Shown: in pieces, positions 10,190 to 22,600 of the stretch
How positions within the stretch are numbered: the stretch's first letter is position 1
How the letters are laid out: each line of letters opens with the position of its first letter
Origin: Somniosus microcephalus
Lineage: Eukaryota
DNA length: 64,000 nucleotides
Assembly (NCBI GenBank): GCA_052327205.1
Contig: JBMRGM010000041.1
Span: 47,554,001 to 47,618,000, forward strand
Direction of reading: 5' to 3'
The notes under the pieces: generated by a model
What the model saw: only the letters and a program-made list of their open reading frames with translations
What the model was told of the DNA's origin: nothing
The model's database searches: none
Made by a program: the position numbers and the translations under genes

Positions 10190-11594
10190 GTGGTAATATA
10201 ATAGGGAACACTAACGCCTTTTATAAACATATAAAGCGTGAAAGAATAGTTCAAGGAAAGGTGGGGCCGATTCAGGACCAAAAAGGCATTCATCTTGTGG
10301 AAGCAGAGGACATGGCTGAAGTACTAAATTAACAATTTGCATCCGTATACACTAAAGCAGAGGATGGTTCCAATCGTACAGTAAAGGAGGAGGTGGTAGA
10401 GAAATTGGAGAGGATATAAATCGATTAGGACGATGTACTAAAATGGTTGACCGGGCTCAAATTATAAATGTCACCGGCTCTGCCACAATCTTCCAATCCT
10501 AGGATATGAGAAAGGTGCCAGAGGACGGGAGGGTTGCAAACGATAGTTCCCTGTTGAATGAAGGAGTGAGTGATGAACCAAATAACTACAGGTGACTCAG
10601 CTTAACATCGGTGTTGAGGAAATTCCCCGGGACAACATTTCCAAAACAAAATTAATGTCACTTGGAAGAACATGGGTTAATTAGCGACAGACAAAATGGA
10701 TTATTTTTAAAGGCCTGACTTGAATGAGCTAATGGATGAAATAGGAGAGGGTTGATGAAGGTAGTGCAGTCGATGTTCTGTATATGGTCTTTCAGAAGGC
10801 CTTTGATAAAGAACCTCAAAATAGATTGGTTAACAACATTAAAGGAGCAGTGGCAGCGTGGATACTAAATTGGCGAAAGGACAGAAAACAGACAGTGGTT
10901 GTGAACCGATACTGGAGGGAAGTATACAGTATCCCCAGGGGTCAGTATTAGGACTGCTGCTCTTTTTGATATATTTCAGTGACATGGACAAGGAGGAAAT
11001 AGAGACACTGGTAAAATGGGCAGACACACGGGCAGCACGGTGGCATAGTGGTTAGCCCTGTTGCCTCACAGCGCCAGAGACCCGGGTTCGAGTCCGACCT
11101 CGGGCGACTGTCTGTGTGGTGTTTGCACATTCTCCCCGTGTTTGCGTGGGTTTTCTCCGGGTGCTCCGGTTTCCTCCCACAGTCCAAAGATGTGCAGGTT
11201 AGGTTGATTGGCTGTGATAAATTCACCCTTAGTGTTAGGGGGATTAAATACGTGGGGTGATAGGGTGGGATATGTGTTGGTGTAGGGGTTACGGGGATCG
11301 GGTGGGATATGTGTCGGTGCAGGCTCGATGGGCCAAAATGGCCTCTATCTGCACTGTGGGGTTTCTGTGATTCTGTGACATGGCAGGTGAAATTTAGTGC
11401 AGAGGAGTGAGAAAAGCTGCATTTTTGAAGGAAGAATGAGTCGATGCAATTTAAACCAACTGGTATAATTTAAACTGGTTGCAGCAACAATAAAACTTGG
11501 GGGTATATATACAGAAATCTTTGACTGTGGCAGGACAGGACGAGAAGCCTTTTAGAAACGTATATGGGAGCATTGGCTTTATAAATAGAGGTGC
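10190..11594 (+). mobile_element. Decayed CR1 ORF2 fragment split by a SINE
   Basis: FQKAFDK, PQGSVLG, W-A-D-T|W-Q continuing across the SINE, then GALGFINRG. Confidence 0.85.
11030..11378 (+). mobile_element. tRNA-derived V-SINE (HE1-like)
   Basis: A box TGGCATAGTGG 11041-11051, B box GGTTCGAGTCC 11085-11095, V-domain gtttgcacattctccccgtg...ggtttcctcccacagtccaaag, CR1-type tail ending (ttctgtga)2. Confidence 0.92.
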
Positions 11595-11596
11595 AG

Positions 11597-11711
11597 GAAC
11601 GTAGGAACAGGAGTAGGCCACTCATTCGTTCTAGCTTGTTCCTCCATTCAATTCGATCATGGCTGAGCTTTATCTTAACTCCATCTCCCTGCCTTGGTTC
11701 CATAACCCTAA
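11597..11711 (-). mobile_element. CR1 3'-end fragment
   Basis: ggaacaggagtaggcca...ccattcaattcgatcatggctga is the reverse complement of the CR1 3' UTR seen at 3018-3085 and 12737-12800. Confidence 0.8.
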
Positions 11712-12131
11712 ACAATTTCAGATCAGAACTTCGGTCCCATTACATTTTTACATATATCTTTTATCCAAACCTTTGTTTTGTGCCCTTTCCCCCTTTTCTC
11801 TCTCCCACATGGCAGCTGTCTCTCAGTCTGACAGCGCATTTCACACCTAAACTAGAGCCGTCATATGAATCTTTACTAGTCCTATCACCATCTCGTCTCA
11901 TTTTGAATACCTCTTAATGACTATTCACTTCTCTTTCGTTCTGTCATTCCCCAGCCCCCAAACTGACCTTTTAATCTGTTTCATTTCCTGTGTTTTTTCA
12001 GTCCTGACGAAGGGTTCCGACCTGAAACCTTGACTCTATTTCTGTCTCCACGGATGTTGCCTGGCCTGCTGAGTTTTTCCAGCAGTTTCTGTTGTTATTT
12101 CGGATTTCCAGCATCCGAATTATTTTGCTAT
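11711..12131 (+). mobile_element. Penelope-like element 3' region (second family)
   Basis: aacaatttcaga start, pyrimidine-rich UTR, hammerhead motif at 12000-12035, end gatttccagcatccgaattattttgctat. Confidence 0.7.
12000..12035 (+). ncRNA. Minimal type I hammerhead ribozyme motif with intact core
   Basis: agtc-CTGACGA-a-gggt(tccg)acct-GAAA-cc-TT-gact: stem I AGTC/GACT, stem II GGGT/ACCT. Confidence 0.7.
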
Positions 12132-12810
12132 CGTACAGAAAGCTAACATGCAGGTACAGCAAACCTAAGGAAGGCAATGACATGTTGGCCTTTATTGCAA
12201 TGGGGTTGGAGTAAAAGAGTAAGGAAGTCTTGATTGTACAGGGCATTGGTGAGATCGCACCTGCAGTACTGTGTGCTGTTTTTGTTTCCTTATCCAAGGA
12301 AGGATAGACTTGTCTTGGAGGCGGAGCAAAGAAGGTTCTCTAGATTGATTCCTGGGATAAGAGGGCTGTCTTATGATGAGGGATTGTGTGGAATGGGTCG
12401 CTGCTCTCTGGAGTTTAGAAGAATGGGAGGTGATCTCATTGAAACATACAAGATTCTGAAGAGAATTGAAGGTTAGATGCTGAGAGGTAGTTTCCCCTGG
12501 CTGGGTGTCTAGAACTAGGATACATGTTCTCAAGATAAGGGGTCGGCCATTTATGACTGAGATTAGGAGGAATTTCTTCACTCAGTGGGTTGCGAATCTT
12601 TGGAATTCTCTGCCCCTGAGGGCTCTGAATGCTGAGTCTTTGAGTCTATTCAAGGCTGAGATAGATAGATTTTTGGACTCATGGGGAATCCAGGGATATG
12701 GCGATCGGGCGGGAGAGTGGAGTTGAGGTCGATGACCAGCCATGATCTTATTGAATGGTGGAACAGGCCCTAGGGGCATTGTGGCCTACTCCTGCTCCTC
12801 CTTCTTGTAT
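12132..12810 (+). mobile_element. CR1 3' fragment
   Basis: SHLQYCV, GDLIETYKIL, RNFFTQWVANLWNSLP, 3' UTR ggcctactcctgctcct. Confidence 0.92.
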
Positions 12811-12854
12811 AATAACGCTGCGCTCAGCAATCACGATCTGACAATACTCCATAC

Positions 12855-12959
12855 CTGCTGGTCACAGGCTATAGGTTTGTCTCTGAATCATGTTCAATGA
12901 ATTGATTTTGATTAGTTTCCCTGTTCAATATTTCCCCTTGATTGGTCACCAGATCTGAA
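12855..12959 (-). other. Candidate non-coding exon of the NLR gene
   Basis: Donor CAG|GTATGG (12849-12857). Possible acceptors tctctgtgttaaaatAG (12960-12961) or ttcAG (12955-12956). Confidence 0.35.
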
Positions 12960-13268
12960 CTATTTTAACACAGAGATCTGATGGTGTCGGTGTGAGTTCA
13001 GCCCCACCTAACAAAAAGACACGTGTCCATCTGCTGGGCTCTGCCTCAGAGTCACCTCTTAGATCAAACCCTTTTATTTTAAGATTTACTTGTTACTGCA
13101 TTTAGAGACAGAAACTGATTTCTCTTCACATTCCATTGCACGGCGTCATGATGGATAATTGAGTGCGATGGTCAGACTCTCATTCTCACAAGACCTGCCT
13201 CGCTTTGTAAACGTTATGTACTGTCTCCAGGACCAGTGTGTACCTGAGTCAATAAGATTTTCTCTCAC

Positions 13269-13420
13269 CTTTATCCCCAGTCGATCTCTGGAACCCTTTG
13301 AATCGGACATGTTCTCTCTGGCTGATGCTCTCACAATCTTGTGCTGGTCATCTACTGTTGTTCCTCAATTTGCAGTCTCTGTTCACTTCCAGCTTCCTCA
13401 ATCAATCCATTATGCAACGG
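13269..13420 (-). promoter_or_regulatory. Candidate first exon/promoter of the NLR gene with tandem ETS motifs
   Basis: Donor AAG|GTGAGA (13263-13271). GAGGAAGCT-GGAAGTGAAC on the minus strand at 13381-13399. The 9687-9782 exon has an acceptor, so an upstream exon is required. Confidence 0.35.
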
Positions 13421-13639
13421 GAGATCTAATTATAGCAGAGGAGAAAATGAGAATATTGAAAGCGTGAAAAAATGTAATATAGTATTTATTCTGCTTACTA
13501 AAAATTAAATTTGAAGGCCGAGTATTTTTATAACATTCACCAGATCCTCAGTCCGGATTCCTGAATAACCCCAGAGTTTTGGGCGCAAATGTGCAATTTG
13601 CTATCTGTGCTTTAGATAAACAGTTGCAGTGTCATGGTA

Positions 13640-16600
13640 CTGGAAACATCCTCCACAGGGTTACAAACTGTCTGATCTCACTGGGCACATCCTCCCCGGG
13701 TTAAACACTGTCTGATCTCACTGGGCCCATCCTCCCCGGGTTACACACTGTCTGATCTAACTGGGCCCATCCTCCACGGGATAGACACTGTCTGATGACA
13801 CTGGGCTCATCCTCGCCGGGTTCCACACTGTCTGATCTCACTGGCACCATCCTCCCCGGGTTACACACTGGCTGATCTCACTGGACCCATCCTCACCGGG
13901 ATACACACTGTGTAATCTCATTTGGTACATCCTCCCCGGGTTAAACACTGTCTGATCCCATTGGGCCCAACCTCCCCGGGTTACATACTGTCTGATCTCA
14001 CTGGGCCTATCCTCACCGGGTTATACACTGTCTCATTTCATTGGGCCCATCCTCCCCGCGTTACACACTGCCTGATCTCACTAGGCACATCTTCCATGGT
14101 TTATACCCTGTCTCATTTCACTGGGCCCATCCTCCCCGGGTTACGCACTGACTGATATCACTGGGCCCATCCTCACCAGGTTACACACTCTCTAATCTCA
14201 CTGGGCCCATCCACCCAGAGTTACACGCTGTCAGATTGCACTGGGCCCATTCTCCCTGGGTTACACACTGTCTGATTTCACTGGGCCCATCCTCCCCGGG
14301 TTATGCACTGCCTGATAAAACTGGGCCAATGCTCACCGTTGTACACACATTCTGATCTCACTGGGCCCATCCTCCACGGTTTAAACACTGTCTGAACTCA
14401 CTGGGCTCATCGTCCTCGGGTTACACACTGTCTGATCACATTGGGCCCATCCTCTCCGGGTTAGTAACTGTCTGATCGCACAGGTCCCCTCCTCACCGGG
14501 TTACACCCTGACTGATCTCACTGGGCCCATCCTCCAAGGGTTACACACCCTCTGATCAGACTGGGCCCATTCTTCCCGTGTTACATACTGTCTCATTCCG
14601 CTGGGTCCATCCTCCCCGGTTACACAATGTATGATCTCACAGGGCCCATCCACCCCGGATTACACACTGTGTGATCTCACTGGGCCCATCCTCCCAGGGT
14701 TACATACTGTCTGATCTCACTGGGCCCATCCTCCCCGGATTACACACTGTCTGATCTCACTGGGCCCATCCTCCTAGGGTTACACACTCTCTGATCAAAC
14801 TTGTCCCATGCTCCACGAGTTACACACTGTCGAGTCCCACTGGGCCCCTCCTCACAGGTTTACACATTGACTGATCTCACTGGGCCAATCCTCCCTGGGA
14901 TACACACTGTCTGATCTCACTGCGCCCATCCTCACAGGGTTACACACGGTCTGATCTCAACGGGCCCATCCTTCACGGATTACACACTGTCTCATCGCAC
15001 AGTTCCAATCCTCCGTGGGTTACACACTGTTTGATCTCACTGGGCCGTTTCTCCAAGGATTCACACTGTCTGACCTCACTGGGCCCATCCTCACTGGGTT
15101 AGACACTGTCTGATCTCCCTGGGCCCATGCTCCCCGGGATACACACTGTCTGATCTCAATGGGTCCATCTTCCACTGGTTACACACTGCCTGATCTAACT
15201 GTGCCCATCCTCCGAAGGTTACACACTGTCTGATCAGACTGGGCTCATCCTCACCGGGTTCCACACTGTCTGATATCACTGGCACCATCCTCCCCGGGTT
15301 ACAAACTGCCTGATCTCACTGGACCCACCCTCCCCGGGAAAAACACTGTCTAATCTCACTAGGTCCATTCTCCCCGGGTTACACACTGTCTGATCCCACT
15401 GGGCCCATCCTCCCCGCGTTACACACTGTCTGATTTCACTGGACACTTCCTCCCCGAGTTACACACTGCCTGATATCACTGGGCCCATCCTCACCAGGTT
15501 ACACACTGTCTAATCTCACTGGGCCCATCTTCCCCGGGTTACACGCTGTCTGCTCGCACTGGGCCCATCCAACCTGGGTTACACAATGTCTGGTTTCACT
15601 GGGCCCATCCTACCCGTGTTATACACTGACTGATAAAACTGGGCCAGTGCTCACCGTGGTAGACACATTCTAATCTCACTGGGTCCATCCTCCCAGGTTT
15701 AAAAACTGTCTGAACTCACTGGGCTCTTCGTCCTCGGGTTACACACTGTCTGATCACATTGGGCCCATCCTCTCCGGGTTAGACTCTGTCTGATCGCACA
15801 GGACCCCTCCTCACCGGGTTACACACAGTCTGTTATCACTGGGCCTATCCATCCCGGATTACACACAGCCTGATCTCACTGGGTCCAGCCTCCAAGGGTT
15901 ACACACTCTCTGATCAGACTGGGCCCATCCTCACCGTGTTACACACTGTCTCATCGCACTGGGCCCATCCTCCCCGTGTTACACACTGTCTCATCGCACT
16001 GGGTCCATCCTCCCCGGTTACGCACTGTCTGATCTCACAGGGCCCATCCTCCCTGGATTACACACTGTGTGATCTCACTGGGCCCATCCTCCCAGGATTA
16101 CACACTGTCTGATCTCACTGGGCCAATCCTTCCCGGATTACACACTGTCTGATCCCACTGGGCCCATTCTCCCATGGTTACACACTCTGATCAAACTGGG
16201 CCCATGCTCCACGAGTTACAATCTGTCTAGTCCCACTGGGCCCATCCTCCCAGGTTTACACACAGTCTGATCTCACTGGGCCAATCCTCCCTGGGTTACA
16301 CACTGTCTGATCTCACTGCACCCATCCTCACAGGGTTACATAGTGTCTGATCTCACTGGGCCCATCCACCCCGGGTTACACACTGTCTTATCTCAACGGG
16401 CCCATCCTTCATGGATTACACACTGTTTCATCTCACAGTTCCAATCCTCACCGGTTTAGACACTGTCTGATTTCCCTGGGACCATGCTCCCCGGGAAACA
16501 CACTGTCTGATCTCAATGGGCCCATCTTCCACGGGTTACACACTGTCTGATCTCATTCGGCGCATCCTCCTCGGGTTACACGCAGTCTGATCTCACTGGG

Positions 16601-19600
16601 CCCATATTCCCCGGGTTACATACTGTCTGATCTCACTGCTCCCAGCCTCCTCGGATTACACAATGTCTGATCTCACTGGGCCCATAGTCCCAGGGTCACA
16701 CACTCGCTGATCACAATGGGCCCATCCTCCCCGAGTTACACTGTGTCTGATGTCACTGGGCCCATCCTCCCCGGGTAACACACTGTCTGATTAAATTGGG
16801 CCCATCCTACCTGCTCTGCACACTGTCTGATGTCACTGGGCCGATCCCCCCCGGGTTACAGACTGTCTGATCTCACTGGGCCCATGCTCCCCGTGATACA
16901 CACTGTGTGATCTCACAGGGCACATCCTTCACGGGTTACACACTGTCTGATCTCACTGGGCACATCATCCCCCGCTTACTCACTGTCTGATCTCACTGGA
17001 CCCATCCTCCACGGGTTCCACACTGTCTAATCTCACTGGCCACATTCTCCCCGGGATAAACACTGTCTGATCACATTGGGCCCATCCTCTCCAATTTAGA
17101 CAATGTCTGATCGCACTGGACCCATCCTCCTCGGGTTACACATTGTCTGATCTCACTGCGCCGATCCACCCCGGATTACACACAGTCTGATCTCACTGGG
17201 CCCATCCTCAAAGTGTTACACACTCTCTGATCAGACTGGGACTATCCTCCCCGTGTTACACACTGTCTCATCCCACTGACTCCATCCTCCCCGGATAAAC
17301 ACTGTCTGATCTCACTGGGCCCACCCTCCCAGGGTTACAAACTGTTTGATCTCTCTGGGCCATCCTCCCGGGATTACACTCTGTCTGGTCTCACTGGGCC
17401 CAACCTCCCAGGATTAAACACTCTCTGATTACACTGGGCCCATGCTCCACGATTTACAAACTGTCCAGTCTCACTGGGCCCATCCTCTCACGTGAACACT
17501 CTGTCTGATCTCACTGGGCCAATCCTCCCAGGGTTACACACTGTCTTATCTCAATGCGCCCATCCACCACGGGTAACACACTGTCTGATCTCAACGGGCC
17601 CATCCTTCAAGGGTTACACACTGTCCCATCTCACGGTTGCCATCCTCCCCGGGTTAAACGCTGTTTGATTTCACTGGGCCGATCCGTCACGCATAACACA
17701 CTGTCTGATCTCACTGGGCCCATCCTCACCGGGTTACACAATGTCTGATCTAACTGGGTCCATGCTCCCCGGGATACACACTGTTTGATCTCACTGGGCC
17801 CATCTTCCACGGGTTACACACTGTCTGATCTCACTGGGCCCATCCTCACCGGGTTACAAAATGTCTGCACTCACTGGGCCCATGCTCCCCGGGTTACACA
17901 CTGTCTGATCTCACTGGGCACATTCTCCTTTGGTTACATACAGTCTGATCTCACAGGGCCCATATTGCCCGGGTTACATACTTTCTGATCTCACTGGGCC
18001 CATCCATCCCGGGTTACACACTGTCTGATCTCAGCGGGCCCATCCTTCACGGGTCACACACTGTCTCATCTCACGGTTCCCATCCTCCCCGAGTTAGACA
18101 CTGTTTGATCTCACTGGGCCGATCCTTTACGGATTACACACTGTCTGATCTCACTGGGCCCATCCTCACCGGTTTACACAATGTCTGATCTCACTGGGCC
18201 CATACTCCACGGATTACATGCTGTCTGCTCTCACTGGGCCCATATTACAAGGGTTTCACATTCTCTGATCTCACTGGGTCCATCCTCTCCCGGTTACACA
18301 TTGTCTGATCTCACTGGACCTATCCTCCTCGGGTTACACAATGTCTGATTACATTGGGCCTATCCTTCCTGTACGACACACTGTCTGATCTGACTGGGCA
18401 CATCCAGCCCAGTTTACACACTGTCTAGTCTCACTGGGCCCATTCTCCCAGGTTCACACACTGTCTGATCTCACTGGGCAAATCCTCCCCGGGTTACACA
18501 CTGTCTGATCTCACTGGGCTCATCCAGCCCGGGTTACACACTGTCTGATTTCAACAGGTCCACCCAACACGGGTTACATACTGTCTGATTTTTCTGGGCC
18601 CATCCTCCCCGGTTTACACACTGACTGATCTCACTGGGCTCATCCTCCCCGGATTACACACTGTCTGATCTCACTGGACACATCCTCCCAGGGTTACACA
18701 CTCTCTGAACACACTGGGCCCATCCTACTCGAGTTACAATGTGTCTTTTCTCACTGGCTCCATCTTCCCCCGGTTACACACAGTCTGAACGAACTGGGCC
18801 CATGCTCCCCGGGAACCACACTCAGACATCACTGGGCCCATCCTCACCAGGTTAGACACTGTCTGATCTCACTGTGCACATGCTCCCTGGCATACACACT
18901 GTCTGATATCACTGGGCCCATTTTCCACGGGTTACACACTGTCTGATCTCACTGGGCACATCATCCCCTGGTTACTCACTTTCTGATCTCACAGGGCCCA
19001 TCCTGACCGGGTTACACACTGTCTGATTTCACTGGGCCAATAGTCCCAGGGTTACACACTCTCTGATCACACTGGGACGATCCTCCTCGAGTTACACTGT
19101 GTCTGATCCCACTGGGCCCATCCACACCGGGATACACACTGTCTGTTCTCACTGGGCCCATCCACCCCGTGTTACACACAGTCTGATCTCATTGGGCCCA
19201 TCCTCCCAAGTTAAACACTCTCTGATCTCAGTGGGCCCATCATCCCCGTTTACACACTGTCTAATCTCACTGGCACATCCTCCCCGCGTTACATACTGTC
19301 TTATCTCACTGGGCCCATCGTCCCCGGGTTACACACTGTCTGATCACATCGGGCCCATCCTCCCCTGGTTAGACGCTGGCTGATCGCACTGGGCCTATCC
19401 ACAACAGAATACACACTGTCTGATTGCACTGGGCCCATCCTCCCCGGGTTACACACTGTCTGATCTCACTGGGCCCATTCTCACTGGGTTACACACTATC
19501 TGGTCAAGCTGGGCCCATCCACCCCGGTTTACACACTGCCTGATCTCACTGTGCCCATTCTCACTGGGTTACACACTGTCTGATCTCACTGGGCCCATCC

Positions 19601-22600
19601 TCCCCGGGTTACACACTGTCTGTTTTTTCTTGGCCCATTCTCCTCTGGTTACACACTTTCTGACCTCACTGTGCCCATCCTCACCGGGTTACACACTTTC
19701 TGATCAACAGGGCCCATCCTCCCCGTGCTACGCAAAATGTGTTCTCACTAGGCCCATCCTCCACGTGTTAAAAACTGTCTGATCTAACTGGGCTCATGGT
19801 CCCAGGGTGACACACTGTCTGATCACATTGGGCCCATCCTACCCGTTCTACACACTGTCAGATCTCACTGGGCCCCTGCTCCCCGGGATACACATTGACT
19901 GATCTCACTGGGCCCATCCACCCCGGGTTACACATTGTTTCATTTCACTGGGCACATCCTCCCCGGAGTACACACTGTCTGATCTCACTGGACACATCCT
20001 CCCAGGGTTACACACTCTCTGAACACACTGGGCCCATCCTCCTCGAGTTACACTGTGTCTTTTCTCACTGGATCCATCCTCCCACAGGTACACACATGCT
20101 GAACTAACTGGGCCCATGCTCCCCGGGCAACACACTGTCAGACCTCACTGGGCCCATCCTCACCGGGTTACACACTGTCTGATCTCACTGGGCCCACGTT
20201 CCCCGGCATACACACTGTCTGATTTAACTGGGCCCATCTTCCACGGATTAAACACTGTCTGATCTCACTGGGCACATCATCCCCGGGTTACTCACTGTCT
20301 GATCTCACTGGGCCCATCCTCCCCGGGTTACACAATGTCTGATCTCACTGGGTCCATTCTTCCCGGATTACACACTGTCTGATCTCACTGTGCCCATAGT
20401 CCCAGCTTTACACACTCTTTGATCACACTGGGACCATCCTCCCCGAGATACACTGTGTCTGATCTCACTGGGTCCATCCTTCCCCGGTTACACACTGTCA
20501 GATCTCACTGGGCACATCCTCCCCGGGTTACACACCGTCTGATCACATTGGGCCCATCCTACCCGTTCTACACACAGTCTGATATCAGTAGGCAAATCCG
20601 CCCCAGATTACACACTGTCTCGTCTCACTGATCCCATCCTCCAAGGTTCAAACTCTGTCTGAACTCACTGGGACAATCCTCACCGGGATACACACTGTCT
20701 GATCTCACTTGGCTCATCCACCCCGTGTTACACACTGTCTGATCTCACTGGGCCGTTCCTCCCCGGGTTACACACGGCCTGATCTCACTGGGCCCATCCT
20801 CCCCGGGGTACGCACTGACTGATCTCACTGGGCCCGTCATCCCCAGGTTGCACACTGTCCGATCTCACTGGGCCCATCCTCCCCAGGTCACACACTGCCG
20901 GATCTCACTGGACCATCCTCACCGGGATACACACTGTCTAATCTCAGTAGGTCCATCCTACCGGGTTACACACTGTCTGATCCCATTGGGCCCAACCTCC
21001 CCGGGTTACATACTGTCTGATCTCACTGGGCCTATCTTCACCGGGTTACACACTGTCTCATTTCATTGGGCCCATCCTCTCCGCGTTACACACTGCCTGA
21101 TCTCACTAGGGACATCCTCCCCGGGTTATACACTTTCTGATCTCACTGTGCCCATCCTCCCCGGGTTCCACACTGCCTGATATCACTGGGCCCATCCTCA
21201 CCAGGTTACACTCTGTAATCTCACTGTGCCCATCCTCCCCGAGTTACACGCTGTCTGATCGCACTGGGCCCATGCTCCCTGGGTTACACACTGCCTGATT
21301 TCACTGAGCCCATCCTCCCCGGTTTATACACTGTCTGAACTCACTGGGCTCTTCGTCCTCGGGTTACACACTGTCTGACCACATTGGGCACATCCTCTCC
21401 GGGTTAGAGACTGTCTGATCGCACAGGACACCTCCTCACCGGGTTACACCCTGTCTGATATCACTGGGCCTATCCACCCCGGATTATACATAGTCTGATC
21501 TCACTGGGCCCATTCTCCAAGGGTTACACACTCTCTGATCCGACTGGGTCCATTCTCCCCGTGTTACACACTGTCTCATCCCACTGGGTCGATCCTCCCC
21601 GGTTACACACTGTCTGATCTCACAGGGCCCATGCACCCCGGAATACACACTGACTGATCTCACTGGGCCAGTCCTCCCTGGGTTACACACTTTCTGATCT
21701 CACTGCGCCCATCCTCACAGGGTTACACACTGTCTGATCTCACTGGGCCCATCCACCCCGTGTTACACACTGTCTGATCTCAGCGGGCCCATCCTTCACG
21801 GATTACACACTGTCTCATCTCACAGTTCCAATCCTCCGCGGGTTACACACTGTTTGATCTCACTGGGCCGTTCCTCCAAGGATTCACACTGTCTGACCTC
21901 ACTGGGCCCATCCTCAACGGGTTAGACATGTCTGATCTCCCTGGGCCCATGCTCCCCGCGATACACACTGTCTGATCTCAATGGGCCCATCTTCCACGGG
22001 TTACACACTATCTGATCTAACTGGGCCCATCCTTCGCGGGTTACACACTGTCTGATCACACTGGGCTCATCCTCACCGGGTTCCACACTGTCTGATGTCA
22101 TTTGCACCATCCTCCCCGGGTTACACACTGCCTGACCTCACTGGACCCATCCTCCCCGGGATACACACTGTCTACTCTCACTAGACCCATCCAGCCTGGG
22201 TTACACACTGTCTGATTTCACTGGGCCCATCCTACCCGGGTTATAGACTGCCTGATAAAACTGGGCCAATGGTCACCGTGGTTCACACATTCTGACCTCA
22301 ATGGGCCCATCCTCCCCGGTTTAAACACTGTCTGAACTCACTGGGCTCTTCGGCCTCGGGTTACACACTGTCTGATCACATTGGGCGCATCCTCTGCGGG
22401 TTAGACACTGTCTGATCGCACAGGACCCCTCCTCACCTGGTTAAACCCTGTCTGATATCACTGGGCTATCCACCCCGGATTACACACGGTCTGATCTCAC
22501 TGGGCCCATCCTCCAAGGGTTACACACTCTCTGAACAGACTGAGCCCATCCTCCCCGTGTTACACACTGTCTAATCCTACTGGGTCCATCCTCCCCGGTT

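Noticed and set aside
11030-11110. tRNA gene
   Set aside because: The A/B boxes belong to the SINE head and continue into the V-domain; there is no complete cloverleaf.
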